DNA of 64,000 nt from Eledone cirrhosa. Its lineage: Eukaryota. Below, piece by piece: positions 15,001-27,199 of this stretch. Position 1 is the stretch's first letter, and each line of letters starts with the position of its first letter. A program made the position numbers and the translations under genes. Location: contig OZ024741.1 in assembly GCA_964016885.1 (NCBI GenBank), positions 309,194,001 to 309,258,000 on the forward strand, written 5' to 3'. The notes beneath the pieces are model-generated. The model worked only from the letters and a program-made list of their open reading frames with translations. It made no database searches and was not told the origin of the DNA.

Positions 15001-18000
15001 TGATAATGTTGTTACTGTAGCTGATGGTGATAATATTGTTATTGTAGTTGATGGTGATAATGTATTTACTGTTGTTGATGGTGATAATGTTGTTACTGTT
15101 GTTGATGGTGATCATGTTGGTACTGTTGTTGATGGTGATAATGTTGTTACTGTTGTTGATGGTGATAATGTATTTACTGTTGTTGATGGTGATAATGTTG
15201 TTACTGTAGTTGATGGTGATAATATTGTTACTGTTGTTGATGGTGATAATGTTGTTACTGTAGTTGATGGTGATAATGATGTTACTGTTGTTGATGGTGA
15301 TAATGTTGTTACCGTAGTTGATGGTGATAATGTTGTTACTGTTGTTGCTGGTGATAATGTTGTTATTGTAGTTGATGGTGATAATGTTGTTACTGTAGTT
15401 GATGGTGATAATGTTGTTACTGTAGTTGATGGTGATAATGTTGTTACTGTAGTTGATGGTGATAATGTTGTTACTGTTGTTGATGGTGATAATGTTGTTA
15501 CTGTAGTTGATGGTGATAATGTTGTTACTGTAGTTGATGGTGACAATGTTGTTACTGTAGTTGATGGTGATAATGTTGTTACTGTTGTTGATGGTGATAA
15601 TGTTGTTATTGTAGTTGATGGTGATAATTTTGTTATTGTAGTTGATGGCGATAATGTTGTTACTGTTGTTGATGGTGATAATGTTGTTATTGTAGTTGGT
15701 GGTGATAATGTTGTTATTGTAGTTGATGGTGTTAATGTTGTTACTGTTGTTGATGGTGATAATGTTGTTACTGTAGTTAATGGTGATAATGTTGTTACTG
15801 TAGTTGATGGTGATAATGTTGTTATTGTTGTTGATGGTGATAATATTGTTACTGTAGTTGATGGTGATAATGTTGTTATTGTAGTTGATGGTGATAATGT
15901 TGTTACTCTTGTTGATGGTGATAATGTTGTTACTGTAGTTGATGGTGATAATGTTGTTATTGTTGTTGATGGTGATAATGTTGTTACTGTAGTTGATGGT
16001 GATAATGTTGTTATTGTAGTTGATGGTGATAATGTTGTTACTGTAGTTGATGGTGATAATGTTGTTATTGTAGTTGATGGTGATAATGTTGTTATTGTAG
16101 TTGATGGTGATAATGTTGTTATTGTAGTTGATGGTGATAATATTGTTACTGTTGTTGATGGTGATAATCTTGTTATTGTAGTTGATGGTGATAATGTTGT
16201 TACTGTAGTTGATGGTGATAATGTTGTTACTGTTGTTGATGGTGATACTGTTGTTACTGTTGTTGATGGTGATAATGTTGTTACTGTTGTTGATGGTGAT
16301 AATGTTGTTACTGTTGTTGATGGTGATAATGTTGTTATTGTAGTTGATGGTGATAATGTTGTTACTGTAGTTGATGGTGATAATGTTGTTATTGTAGTTG
16401 ACGGTGATAATGTTGTTACTGTTGTTGATGGTGATAATGTTGTTATTGTAGTTGATGGTGATAATGTTGTTATTGTTGTTGATGGTGATAATGTTGTTAC
16501 TGTAGTTGACGGTGATAATGTTGTTACCGTAGTTGATGGTGATAATGTTGTTATTGTAGTTGATGGTGATAATGTTGTTACTGTAGATGATGGTGATACT
16601 GTTGTTATTGTAGTCGATGGTGATAATGTTGTTACTGTTGTTGATGGTGATAATGTTGTTATTGTTGTTGATGGTGATAATATTGTTACTGTAGTTGATG
16701 GTGATAATGTTGTTATTGTAGTTGATGGTGATAATGTTGTTACTCTTGTTGATGGTGATAATGGTGTTACTGTAGTTGATGGTGATAATGTTGTTATTGT
16801 TGTTGATGGTGATAATGTTGTTACTGTAGTTGATGGTGATAATGTTGTTATTGTAGTTGATGGTGATAATGTTGTTACTGTAGTTGATGGTGATAATGTT
16901 GTGTCTGTTGTTGATGGTGATAATGTTGTTATTGTAGTTGATGGTGATAATGTTGTTATTGTAGTTGATGGTGATAATGTTGTTATTGTAGTTGATGGTG
17001 ATAATGTTGTTACTGTTGTTGATGGTGATAATCTTGTTATTGTAGTTGATGGTGATAATGTTGTTATTGTAGTTGATGGTAATGATGTTGTTATTGTAGT
17101 TGATGGTGATAATGTTGTGACTGTTGTTGATGGTGATAATGTTGTTATTGTAGTTGATGGTGATAATGTTGTTATTGTAGTTGATGGTGATAATGTTGTT
17201 ACTGTAGTTGATGGTGATAATGTTGTGTCTGTTGTTGATGGTGATAATGTTGTTATTGTAGTTGATGGTGATAATGTTGTTATTGTTGTTGATGGTGATA
17301 ATGTTGTTATTGTAGTTGATGGTGATAATGTTGTTACTGTAGTTGATGGTGATAATGTTGTGTCTGTTGTTGATGGTGATAATGTTGTTATTGTAGTTGA
17401 TGGTGATAATGTTGTTATTGTAGTTGATGGTGATAATGTTGTTATTGTAGTTGATGGTGATAATATTGTTACTGTTGTTGATGGTGATAATCATGTTATT
17501 GTAGTTGATGGTGATAATGTTGTTACTGTAGTTGATGGTGATGATGTTGTTACTGTAGTTGATGGTGATGATGTTGTTATTGTAGTTGATGGTGATAATG
17601 TTGTGACTGTTGTTGATGGTGATAATGTTGTTATTGTAGTTGGTGATAATGTTGTTATTGTAGTTGATGGTGATAATGTTGTTACTGTAGTTGATGGTGA
17701 TAATGTTGTTACTGTAGTTGATGGTGATAATGTTCTCACTGTAGTTGATGGTGATAATGTTGTTATTGTAGTTGATGGTGATAATGTTGTCATTGTAGTT
17801 GATGGTGATAATGTTGTTATTGTTGTTGATGGTGATAATGTTGTTACTGTAGTTGATGGTGATAATGTTGTTACCGTAGTTGATGGTGATAATTTTGTTA
17901 CTGTAGTTGATGGTGATAATGTTGTTACTGTTGTTGATGGTGATAATATTGTTATTGTAGTTGATGGTGATAATGTTGTCATTGTAGTTGATGGTGATAA

Positions 18001-21000
18001 TGCTGTTATTGTCGTTGATGGTGATAATGTTGTTACTGTAGTTGATGGTGATAATGTTGTTATTGATGTTGATGGTGATAATGTTGTTACTGTAGTTGAT
18101 GGTGATAATGTTGTTACTGTAGTTGATGGTGATAATGTTGTTACTGTAGTTGATGGTGATAATGTTGTTACTGTAGTTGATGGTGATAATGTTGTTACTG
18201 TTGTTGATGTTGATACTGTTGTTACTGTTGTTGATGGTGATAATGTTGTTACTGTTGTTGATGGTGATAATGTTGTTACTGTTGTTGATGGTGATAATGT
18301 TGTTATTGTAGTTGATGGTGATAATGTTGTTACTCTTGTTGATGGTGATAATGTTGTTACTGTAGTTGATGGTGATAATGTTGTTATTGTTGTTGATGGT
18401 GATAATGTTGTTACTGTAGTTGATGGTGATAATGTTGTTATTGTAGTTGATGGTGATAATGTTGTTACTGTAGTTGATGGTGATAATGTTGTGTCTGTTG
18501 TTGATGGTGATAATGTTGTTATTGTAGTTGATGGTGATAATGTTGTTATTGTAGTTGATGGTGATAATGTTGTTATTGTAGTTGATGGTGATAATGTTGT
18601 TACTGTTGTTGATGGTGATAATCTTGTTATTGTAGTTGATGGTGATAATGTTGTTACTGTAGTTGATGGTGATGATGTTGTTATTGTAGTTGATGGTGAT
18701 AATGTTGTGACTGTTGTTGATGGTGATAATGTTGTTATTGTAGTTGATGGTGATAATGTTGTTATTGTAGTTGATGGTGATAATGTTGTTACTGTTGTTG
18801 ATGGTGATTATTTTGTTACTGTAGTTGATGCTGATAATGTTGTTATTGTTGTTGATGGTGATAATGTTTTTACTGTAGTTGATGGTGATAATGTTGTTAC
18901 TGAAGTTGATGGTGATAATGTTGTTACTGTAGTTGATGGTGATAATGTTGTTACTGTAGTTGATGGTGATAATGTTCTCACTGTAGTTGATGGTGATAAT
19001 GTTGTTATTGTAGTTGATGGTGATAATGTTGTCATTGTAGTTGATGGTGATAATGTTGTTATTGTTGTTGATGGTGATAATGTTGTTACTGTAGTTGATG
19101 GTGATAATGTTGTTACCGTAGTTGATGGTGATAATGTTGTTACTGTAGTTGATGGTGATAATGTTGTTACTGTTGTTGATGGTGATAATATTGTTATTGT
19201 AGTTGATGGTGATAATGTTGTCATTGTAGTTGATGGTGATAATGCTGTTATTGTCGTTGATGGTGATAATGTTGTTACTGTAGTTGATGGTGATAATGTT
19301 GTTATTGATGTTGATGGTGATAATGTTGTTACTGTAGTTGATGGTGATAATGTTGTTACTGTAGTTGATGGTGATAATGTTGTTACTGTAGTTGATGGTG
19401 ATAATGTTGTTACTGTTGTTGATGTTGATACTGTTGTTACTGTTGTTGATGGTGATAATGTTGTTACTGTTGTTGATGGTGATAATGTTGTTACTGTTGT
19501 TGATGGTGATAATGTTGTTATTGTAGTTGATGGTGATAACGTTGTTATTGTTGTTGATGGTGATAATGTTGTTACTGTAGTTGATGGTGATAATGTTGTT
19601 ACTGTAGTTGATGGTGATATTGTTGTTACTGTTGTTGATGGTGATAATGTTGTTATTGATGTTGATGGTGATAATGTTGTTACTGTAGTTGATGGTGATA
19701 ATGTTGTTACTGTAGTTGATGGTGATAATGTTGTTACTGTAGTTGATGGTGATAATGTTGTTACTGTTGTTGATGTTGATACTGTTGTTACTGTTGTTGA
19801 TGGTGATAATGTTGTTACTGTTGTTGATGGTGATAATGTTGTTACTGTTGTTGATGGTGATAATGTTGTTATTGTAGTTGATGGTGATAACGTTGTTATT
19901 GTTGTTGATGGTGATAATGTTGTTACTGTAGTTGATGGTGATAATGTTGTTACTGTAGTTGATGGTGATATTGTTGTTACTGTTGTTGATGGTGATAATG
20001 TTGTTATTGTAGTTGATGGTGATAATGTTGTTATTGTTGTTGATGGTGATAATGTTGTTACCGTAGTTGATGGTGATAATGTTGTTATTGTAGTTGATGG
20101 TGATAATGTTGTTACTGTAGTTGATTGTGATACTGTTGTTATTGTAGTTGATGGTGATAATGTTGTTATTGTAGTTGATGGTGATAATGTTGCTACTGTT
20201 GTTGATGGTGATAATGTTGTTATTGTAGTTGTTGGTGATACTGTTGTTATTGTTGTTGATGGTGATAATGTTGTTACTGTAGTTGATGGTGATAATGTTG
20301 TTATTGTAGTTGATGGTGATAATGTTGTTACTGTTGTTGATGGTGATAATGTTGTTATTGTAGTTGTTGGTGATACTGTTGTTATTGTTGTTGATGGTGA
20401 TAATGTTGTTACTGTAGTTGATGGTGATAATATTGTTACTGTAGTTGATGGTGATAATGTTGTTATTGTAGTTGTTGGTGATACTGTTGTTATTGTTGTT
20501 GATGGTTATAATGTTGTTACTGTAGTTGATGGTGATAATGTTGTTATTGTAGTTGATGGTGATAATGTTGTTACTGTTGTTGATGGTGATAATGTTGTTA
20601 CTGTTGTTGATGGTGATAATGTTGTTATTGTTGTTGATGGTGATAATGTTGTTATTGTAGTTGATGGTGATAATGTTGTTACTGTTGTTGATGGTTATAA
20701 TATTGTTACTGTAGTTGATGGTGATAATGTTGTTACTGTAGTTGATGGTGATAATGTTGTTACTGTAGTTGATGGTGATAATGTTGTTACTGTTGTTGAT
20801 GGTGATAATGTTGTTACTGTAGTTGATGGTGATAATGTTGTTACTGTAGTTGATGGTGATAATGTTGTTACTGTAGTTGATGGTGATAATGTTGTTACTG
20901 TAGTTGATGGTGATAATGTTGTTACTGTTGTTGATGGTGATAATGTTGTTATTGTAGTTGATGGTGATAATGTTGTTATTGTTGTTGATGGTGATAATGT

Positions 21001-21630
21001 TGTTACTGTAGTTGATGGTGATAATGTTGTTATTGTTGTTGATGGTGATAATGTTGTTACTGTAGTTGATGGTGATAATGTTGTTACTTTTGTTGATGGT
21101 GATAATGTTGTTACTGTTGTTGATGGTGATAATGTTGTTACTGTTGTTGATGGTGATAATGTTGTTACTGTAGTTGATGGTGATAATGTTGTTACTGTAG
21201 TTGACGGTGATAATGTTGTTACTGTTGTTGATGGTGATAATGTTGTTACTGTTGTTGATGGTGATAATGTTGTTACTGTAGTTGATGGTGATAATGTTGT
21301 TACTGTAGTTGATGGTGATAATGTTGTTACTGTAGTTGATGGTGATAATTTTGTTACTGTAGTTGATGGTGATAATGTTGTTACTGTTGTTGATGGTGAT
21401 AATGTTGTTACTGTTGTTGATGGTGATAATGTTGTTACTGTAGTTGATGGTGATAATGTTGTTACTGAAGTTGTTGGTGATAATGTTATTACTGTAGTTG
21501 ATGGTGATAATGTTGGTATTGTAGTTGATGGTGATACTGTTGTTATTGTTGTTGTTGGTGATAATGTTGTTACTGTTGTTGATGGTGATATTGTTGTTAT
21601 TGTTGTTGTTGGTGATAATGTTGTTATTGT
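1..21630. repeat. Giant 27-bp minisatellite array (~800 units; consensus GTTGTTACTGTAGTTGATGGTGATAAT), truncated by the window start
   Basis: Continuous 27-bp periodicity. Common variants are ACT/ATT, GTA/GTT and GAT/GCT. Only two 1-bp indels (~2890 deletion, ~14816 insertion) and one 3-bp deletion (~17640) seen. Translates as VVTVVDGDN (+), TTLSPSTTV and NNIITINYS (-). Confidence 0.98.
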
Positions 21631-21912
21631 TGCTGTGGTTGTTACTCTTGTGGTTATTTCTTTTGTTGTGGTTGTTACTGTTGAGATTGTTGTTGTTGTG
21701 TTTGTTGGTGGTGTTGTGGTTGTTACTGTCGTTGTGCCGATTCTTGCAACAGTTTCTATTGTCGTTGTTGGTGTTGTTAGTTGGTGTTGTTAGTTTGTGT
21801 TGCAGTTGTTGTTCTTAGTAATGTTGTGTTTTTTATTGTTGTTATATTCGCAACTGTTTCCTCAAATAATTGATGTTACAACAGTTGTTGTGGGTTTTAC
21901 TGTTGTTATTGT
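21631..21912 (-). other. Degenerate Thr-rich flank of the array (possible relic mucin-like PTS coding sequence)
   Basis: Minus frame reads LTTPTTTIETVARIGTTTVTTTTPPTNTTTTISTVTTTTKEITTRVTTTATITTLSP, in frame with the TTLSPSTTV repeats. Frameshifts and stops occur above ~21790. Confidence 0.4.
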
Positions 21913-22251
21913 GAAGGCGCATAGATTACGCGTTAAAACGTTGGGCTTGCAATTATGATGTTGTGAGTTCGATTCTCGGACCGGGTGATGCGTTGTCTCC
22001 TTGTTCAAAACACTTTATTACTCGTTGTTCCAGTTTACTCGGCTATAGCAATGAGTTGCCATATCATTGGTGCCGAGTTATATCGGCCATTGCCTTTTCC
22101 TTGGACAACGTTGGTGGCCTGAAGAGCGACTGCTGATCTTCCATAAACAACCTTGACCGGACTTGTGCCGCGAAGAGGAAACCTTCTATTCTCAAACCCC
22201 ATGGTTATTTATGACCGAGGGCGACTTTTATTGTTACGATTATTTTTTGTT
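21913..22251 (+). mobile_element. tRNA-derived SINE
   Basis: Head gaaggcgc...gtgagttcgattctcgg (B-box-like); middle ccttgttcaaaacacttta...ccagtttactcggct matches the copy at 53340; flanked by ttattgt direct repeat (21906-21912 / 22252-22258). Confidence 0.8.
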
Positions 22252-22259
22252 TTATTGTT

Positions 22260-22633
22260 CTGAAGCTTTGGAGCTTTTGTTGTTACTGGTGTTGTTGTTG
22301 TTGTTGCTGTTGTCATCGTCTGCGTTGCTGGTGGTGAAGTGGGTGTGATTGTGGGTAGTGGTTTGTTGATGATAAGGATGATGGTGCTGGTTATTGTGGT
22401 GATGGTGGAGGGGATGTGGTTGTAGGTAGTGATTTGGTGGTGATGATGCTGTTGTTGGTAATGGTTATGGTGGTGATGGTGGAGGGGATGTGGTTGTAGG
22501 TAGTGATTTGGTGGTGATGGCGCTGTTGTTGGTGATGATGACGGTGGTGGTGGTGCGGGAGTGAGTAGTCGTTTGCTGGTGATCATGATGGTGTGTGTGT
22601 GTCTGACAGTATCTGTATGTGTGTGTGTATATG

Positions 22634-22685
<52 letters not shown>
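22260..22685. repeat. GT/GGT-rich low-complexity repeat plus (TG)n microsatellite
   Basis: gtagtgatttggtggtgatg motifs followed by (TG)n; reverse complement of the motif at 23965-24990. Confidence 0.85.
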
Positions 22686-22687
<2 letters not shown>

Positions 22688-22768
22688 AATATATGTATAT
22701 AATACATGTAGAGTGCTTCTTATCCGATATCTGCATTGCTTTATTGTTCTACAATAAAACTCACCTCC

Positions 22769-22810
<42 letters not shown>

Positions 22811-22955
22811 TCCTAGCAGACAACTGATGATGGATATAACCTCTTTCACCCGTAACCTTTATTTTCATTATACCCATTTGCAGCCACACAGCCCGCCATT
22901 ATATATATATATATATGTGTATGTATGTATGTATGTATATATATATATATTTTTT

Positions 22956-22986
<31 letters not shown>

Positions 22987-23246
22987 GTATGTATGTATAT
23001 GTGCATATATATACATATGTATATATTTATATATGTAAGCATATACATACATATATATATGTATGTATTTATATATAAGTGTGCGTGTGTCTGTATGTGT
23101 GTTTGTGTATTACAATTTAGACTCTTTCTAGAACTATCTTGTATGTGTCTATCATACCATCTACAGCAATATCCACGTCATCGTCATCATCATCATCATA
23201 ATCATCATTTTCACCGTTATCATTGCTGCCATCGTCGTTGTCTCGC

Positions 23247-23465
23247 CGGCAGTACCGGTAGAGCGTCGGACACCATGCTTCATGGCATAGAATTACGGTC
23301 CTTTACATTCTGCTTTCAAATCCTGCCGAAGTTAACTTTGCCTTTCATTTTTACCGGGTCGATGAAATAAAGTACCAGTAACTCACTGGGGTCGATTCAA
23401 TTGACCTCCCCCCACCCCCTCCAAAAAAAATTGTTGGCTTTGTGCCACAATCAGAAAACATTATT
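23247..23465 (+). mobile_element. SINE, Nin/Deu-domain-like family
   Basis: ttcaaatcctgccgaagttaactttgcctttcat...gggtcgatgaaataaagtaccagt core, shared with more than 15 copies in the window. The family assignment is from recalled consensus. Confidence 0.8.
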
Positions 23466-23539
23466 ATAGAACATTAACAAGAGTCAACAATCCTGAACAC
23501 ATACGGGTGTATAATCTGTCCCTATCTTATTTATATAAT

Positions 23540-23713
23540 TGTTTCTATTTTAGGCACAAGGCCAGTAAATACCAGTACATTACTGGTATTTTATTTTATC
23601 GACCTCGTAAGGATGAAAGGCAAAGTTAACCTCGGCCGGATTTGAACTCAGATCGTAAAGGGACGTAACTATGCTGGAAAGCATGGCATCCGACCCTCTA
23701 CCGATACTGCCAA
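23540..23713 (-). mobile_element. SINE, Nin/Deu-domain-like family (tail-to-tail with the previous copy)
   Basis: Reverse complement of the same core: actggtattttattttatcgacc...gatgaaaggcaaagttaacctcggccggatttgaactcag. Confidence 0.8.
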
Positions 23714-23964
23714 TATAATATGTCTGTGAGCGTGTATATTTACATATATGTGCACACACATGCTCATACGCATGCGCACACACACGCACAATCACACACA
23801 TACACACACACACACATACGCACACGCACACACACGCACACGCACACACACACACACACACAAGACAGTCTTAGCTGTGCGATTATCCTCTTCATCTCTC
23901 TTTCTGTCTCTCTCGACCCTTTCTTTACTCCTATTACTCCTGTCCATTTTCTCAACAAAATTCT

Positions 23965-24990
23965 CACCATCATCATCATCATTCACATCATCATCACCAC
24001 CGCCACCACCATCACCACTACCACCATCATTATCACCACCAAACCACTACCCACACACACACACCACCAAACTACTACCCACACACACACACCACCACCA
24101 CCATCACCACTACCACCATCATCATCACCCCACCTAACCACTACCCCCACAAACACCACCACCACGACCATCACCACTACCACCATCATCATCACCCCAC
24201 CAAACCACTACCCCACACACATCACCACCAAACCACCACCACCACCACTACCACCATCATCATCATCACCAAACCACTACCCACACACACATCACCACCA
24301 AACCACTACCCCCCCATACACACACATCACCACCAAACCACTACTCCCCCATACACACACATCACCACCAAACCACTACCCCCCCATACACACACATCAC
24401 CACCACCACCACCACCACTACCACCATCATCATCACCCCACCAAACCACTACCCCCACACACATCGCCACCAAACCACTACCCCCACACACATCACCACC
24501 AAACCACTACCCACACACACATCACCACCAAACCACCACCGCCACCACCACCACCACTACCACCATCATCATCACCACCAAACCACTACCCCCACACACA
24601 TCACCACCAAACCACTACCCCCCCATACACACACATCACCACCACCACCACCACCATCACCATCACCACTACTACCATCATTATCACCCCACCAAACACT
24701 ACCCACACACACATCACCACCAAACCACTACCCACACACAGATCACCACCAAACCACCACCACCAAACCACCACCACCAAACCACCACCACCACCATCAC
24801 CACCAAACCACCACCACCATCACCACCACCACTACCACCATCATCATCACCACCAAACCACTACCCACACGCACATCACCACCAAACCACTACCCCCCCC
24901 CCCACACACACACCACCACCACCACCACCACCATCACTGCCACTAACGACAATAACAGCAACAACAACAGCAGTGACAACAGTAACAACA
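23965..24990. repeat. CAC/CAT-rich degenerate minisatellite (cacacatcaccaccaaaccactaccc)
   Basis: Recurrent ~27-33-bp motif. The His/Pro/Thr ORF 23720-24946 is a by-product. Confidence 0.85.
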
Positions 24991-25209
24991 CAAGTGTGTA
25001 GGATCCAGTTCTGGTAAGGTCCCCGAGAAGAAATAGATAAATTTTACTCGTATCCGCGAATAATAATAAAACTATATAAATAAGGATGACAATGTTGTCG
25101 TGTTGGGTGATTTGAATGATTGTGTTGGATGTAACTGTACTACGGGGCTGCGGGGAGGCCACCAATATGATTGACTGTCTTGTCATTTTATCAGTCAGAT
25201 GTTCTAATG

Positions 25210-25307
<98 letters not shown>

Positions 25308-25317
25308 CGTTCATATA

Positions 25318-26916
25318 AGTATTTATACGTACATACATATATGTGTACAGACGTACAGTAGTATGAATATATATACATACTACTGTACGTCTGTATACAT
25401 ATATGTATGTACGTATATATATGTGTGCATGTATGTATATATATACATACTACTGTACGGCTGTATACATATATGTATGTACGTATGTATATGTGTGCAT
25501 GTATGTATATATATACATACTACTGTACGTCTGTATACATATATGTATGTACATTTATATATGTGAGCATGTATGTATGTATATATATACATACTATTGT
25601 ACGGCTGTATACATATATGTATGTACGTATATATATGTGTGTGCATGTATGTATATATATACATACTACTGTACGTCTGTATACATATATGTATAGGGCA
25701 AGGGAGCTCTTAAGACTCAATAGCCATCCAAAATCACCGGGAGAGATGACCCCTTAGCCTTTGTCAAGGCAGAATTCTAGGAGAAGGAAAACTCTGATAT
25801 AACACCTGCAACCCTGATGGTATCCAATGATGTTGACTTGTTCTTCTTTTTGGTAAATATCATCTTGGTTAAGAGAGTGGGACTGGCTTTGTGCAGTGCC
25901 TTTGCTCACTATAAAAGCTTCACAGCACAGGCATTGCTTTATATCTGGAGATCTCTCTGGACTTGTCATCACATGGTACCATGGGCCCTGCACTATGTGT
26001 CAATAATGGTCACAAGTGTAGTCTTTGTGCCAGAGTTTTCAAGTCGCTGGCTGGACTAAAAAGTCACATTCGTTCAGCGCATCGGTAGGGGTTCTCCTAC
26101 ATGGATATAAAGTAGTGGCCGTACTCGAAAACGAGTTGGCAGCCACCATGTACGTATATATATATGTGTGCATGTATGTATATATATATACATACTACTG
26201 TACGTCTGTACACATATATGTATGTACGTATATATATGTGTGTGCATGTATGTATATATATACATACTACTGTACGTCTGTATACATATATGTATGTACG
26301 TATATATATATGTGTGTGCATGTATGTATATATATACATACTACTGTACGTCTGTACACATATATGTATGTACGTATATATATGTGTGTGCATGTATATA
26401 TATATACATACTACTGTACGTCTGTATACATATATGTATGTACATATATATATGTGTGCATGTATGTATATATATACATACTACTGTACGTCTGTATACA
26501 TATATGTATGTACGTATATATATGTGTGCATGTATGTATATATATACATACTACTGTACGTCTGTATACATATATGTATGTACATATATATATATACATA
26601 CTACTGTACGTCTGTATACATATATGTATGTACATATATATATGTGTGCATGTATGTATATATATACATACTACTGTACGGCTGTATACATATATGTATG
26701 TACATATATATATGTGTGCATGTATGTATATATATACATACTACTGTACGTCTGTACACATATATGTATGTACGTATATATATGTGTGTGCATGTATATA
26801 TATATACATACTACTGTACGTCTGTACACATATATGTATGTACGTATACATACTTATATTTAGGTATCAACCGTACTAAGAGTGAGAAATGAAATTTCGT
26901 TTCATTCTTTTCCATT
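25318..26916. repeat. Composite insertion: 70-bp minisatellite (~15 units) with an inverted first unit and 14-bp flanking direct repeat
   Basis: ctactgtacg anchors at 26411, 26481, 26551 give a 70-bp period. Inverted unit at ~25318-25365. tatacgttcatata at 25304-25317 and 26917-26930. Confidence 0.85.
25696..26147 (+). mobile_element. Short non-autonomous RTE-like retroposon (5' UTR-like part joined to a C-terminal C2H2 zinc finger), inserted in the 70-bp array
   Basis: 26008-26088 translates GHKCSLCARVFKSLAGLKSHIRSAHR*. The 5' part contains ctaggagaaggaaaactctga, resembling RTE 5' UTRs. No RT or EN between the two parts. Confidence 0.6.
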
Positions 26917-27199
26917 TATACGTTCATATATATATATTGATGGTGATGACTGTTATTGAGATACTAGTCGTTTAACCTGCTGACTGTTTGCAGCAAAGAG
27001 TTACGGCCCTTTATGGTCTGAGTTCAAATCCCGCCGAGGTTAACCTTGCCTTTCATCCTTACGGGGTCGATAAAATAAAGTACCAGTAATGTGCCAAAAG
27101 TAGAAACAATTATTTTCTGCGTTTGGTATTTCGACATTTTCTAAGAATTTTAAATCAATCTAACACTACGATAGTTTATGTTCAAAATAGATCAAATGT

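Noticed and set aside
6484-17494. Asn/Ile-rich NNIITINYS ORFs
   Set aside because: Shadow frame of the same satellite; nearly all codons start with A and cannot be stops.
1349-21793. Giant ORFs (515-2338 aa) as bona fide CDS
   Set aside because: Three frames are open mainly because of NNT/ANN triplet composition. Starts are arbitrary GTG/TTG/ATG variants inside the repeat, and there is no domain or splice support.
23720-24946. His/Pro-rich 408-aa ORF resembling a histidine-rich structural protein
   Set aside because: Begins in a (CA)n microsatellite. The motif drifts through all three frames (PPNHY/TTKPL/HHQTT), showing no frame conservation, and C/A-only sequence lacks stops.
25116-26892. 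Tyr/Ile/Cys/Val-rich ORFs here and at 35537-37253
   Set aside because: Translations of (AT)n/(TG)n microsatellites, the 70-bp minisatellite and the N gap.
1-26900. CRISPR-like arrays (27-bp and 70-bp repeats)
   Set aside because: Head-to-tail repeats without unique spacers, eukaryotic context, no cas genes.
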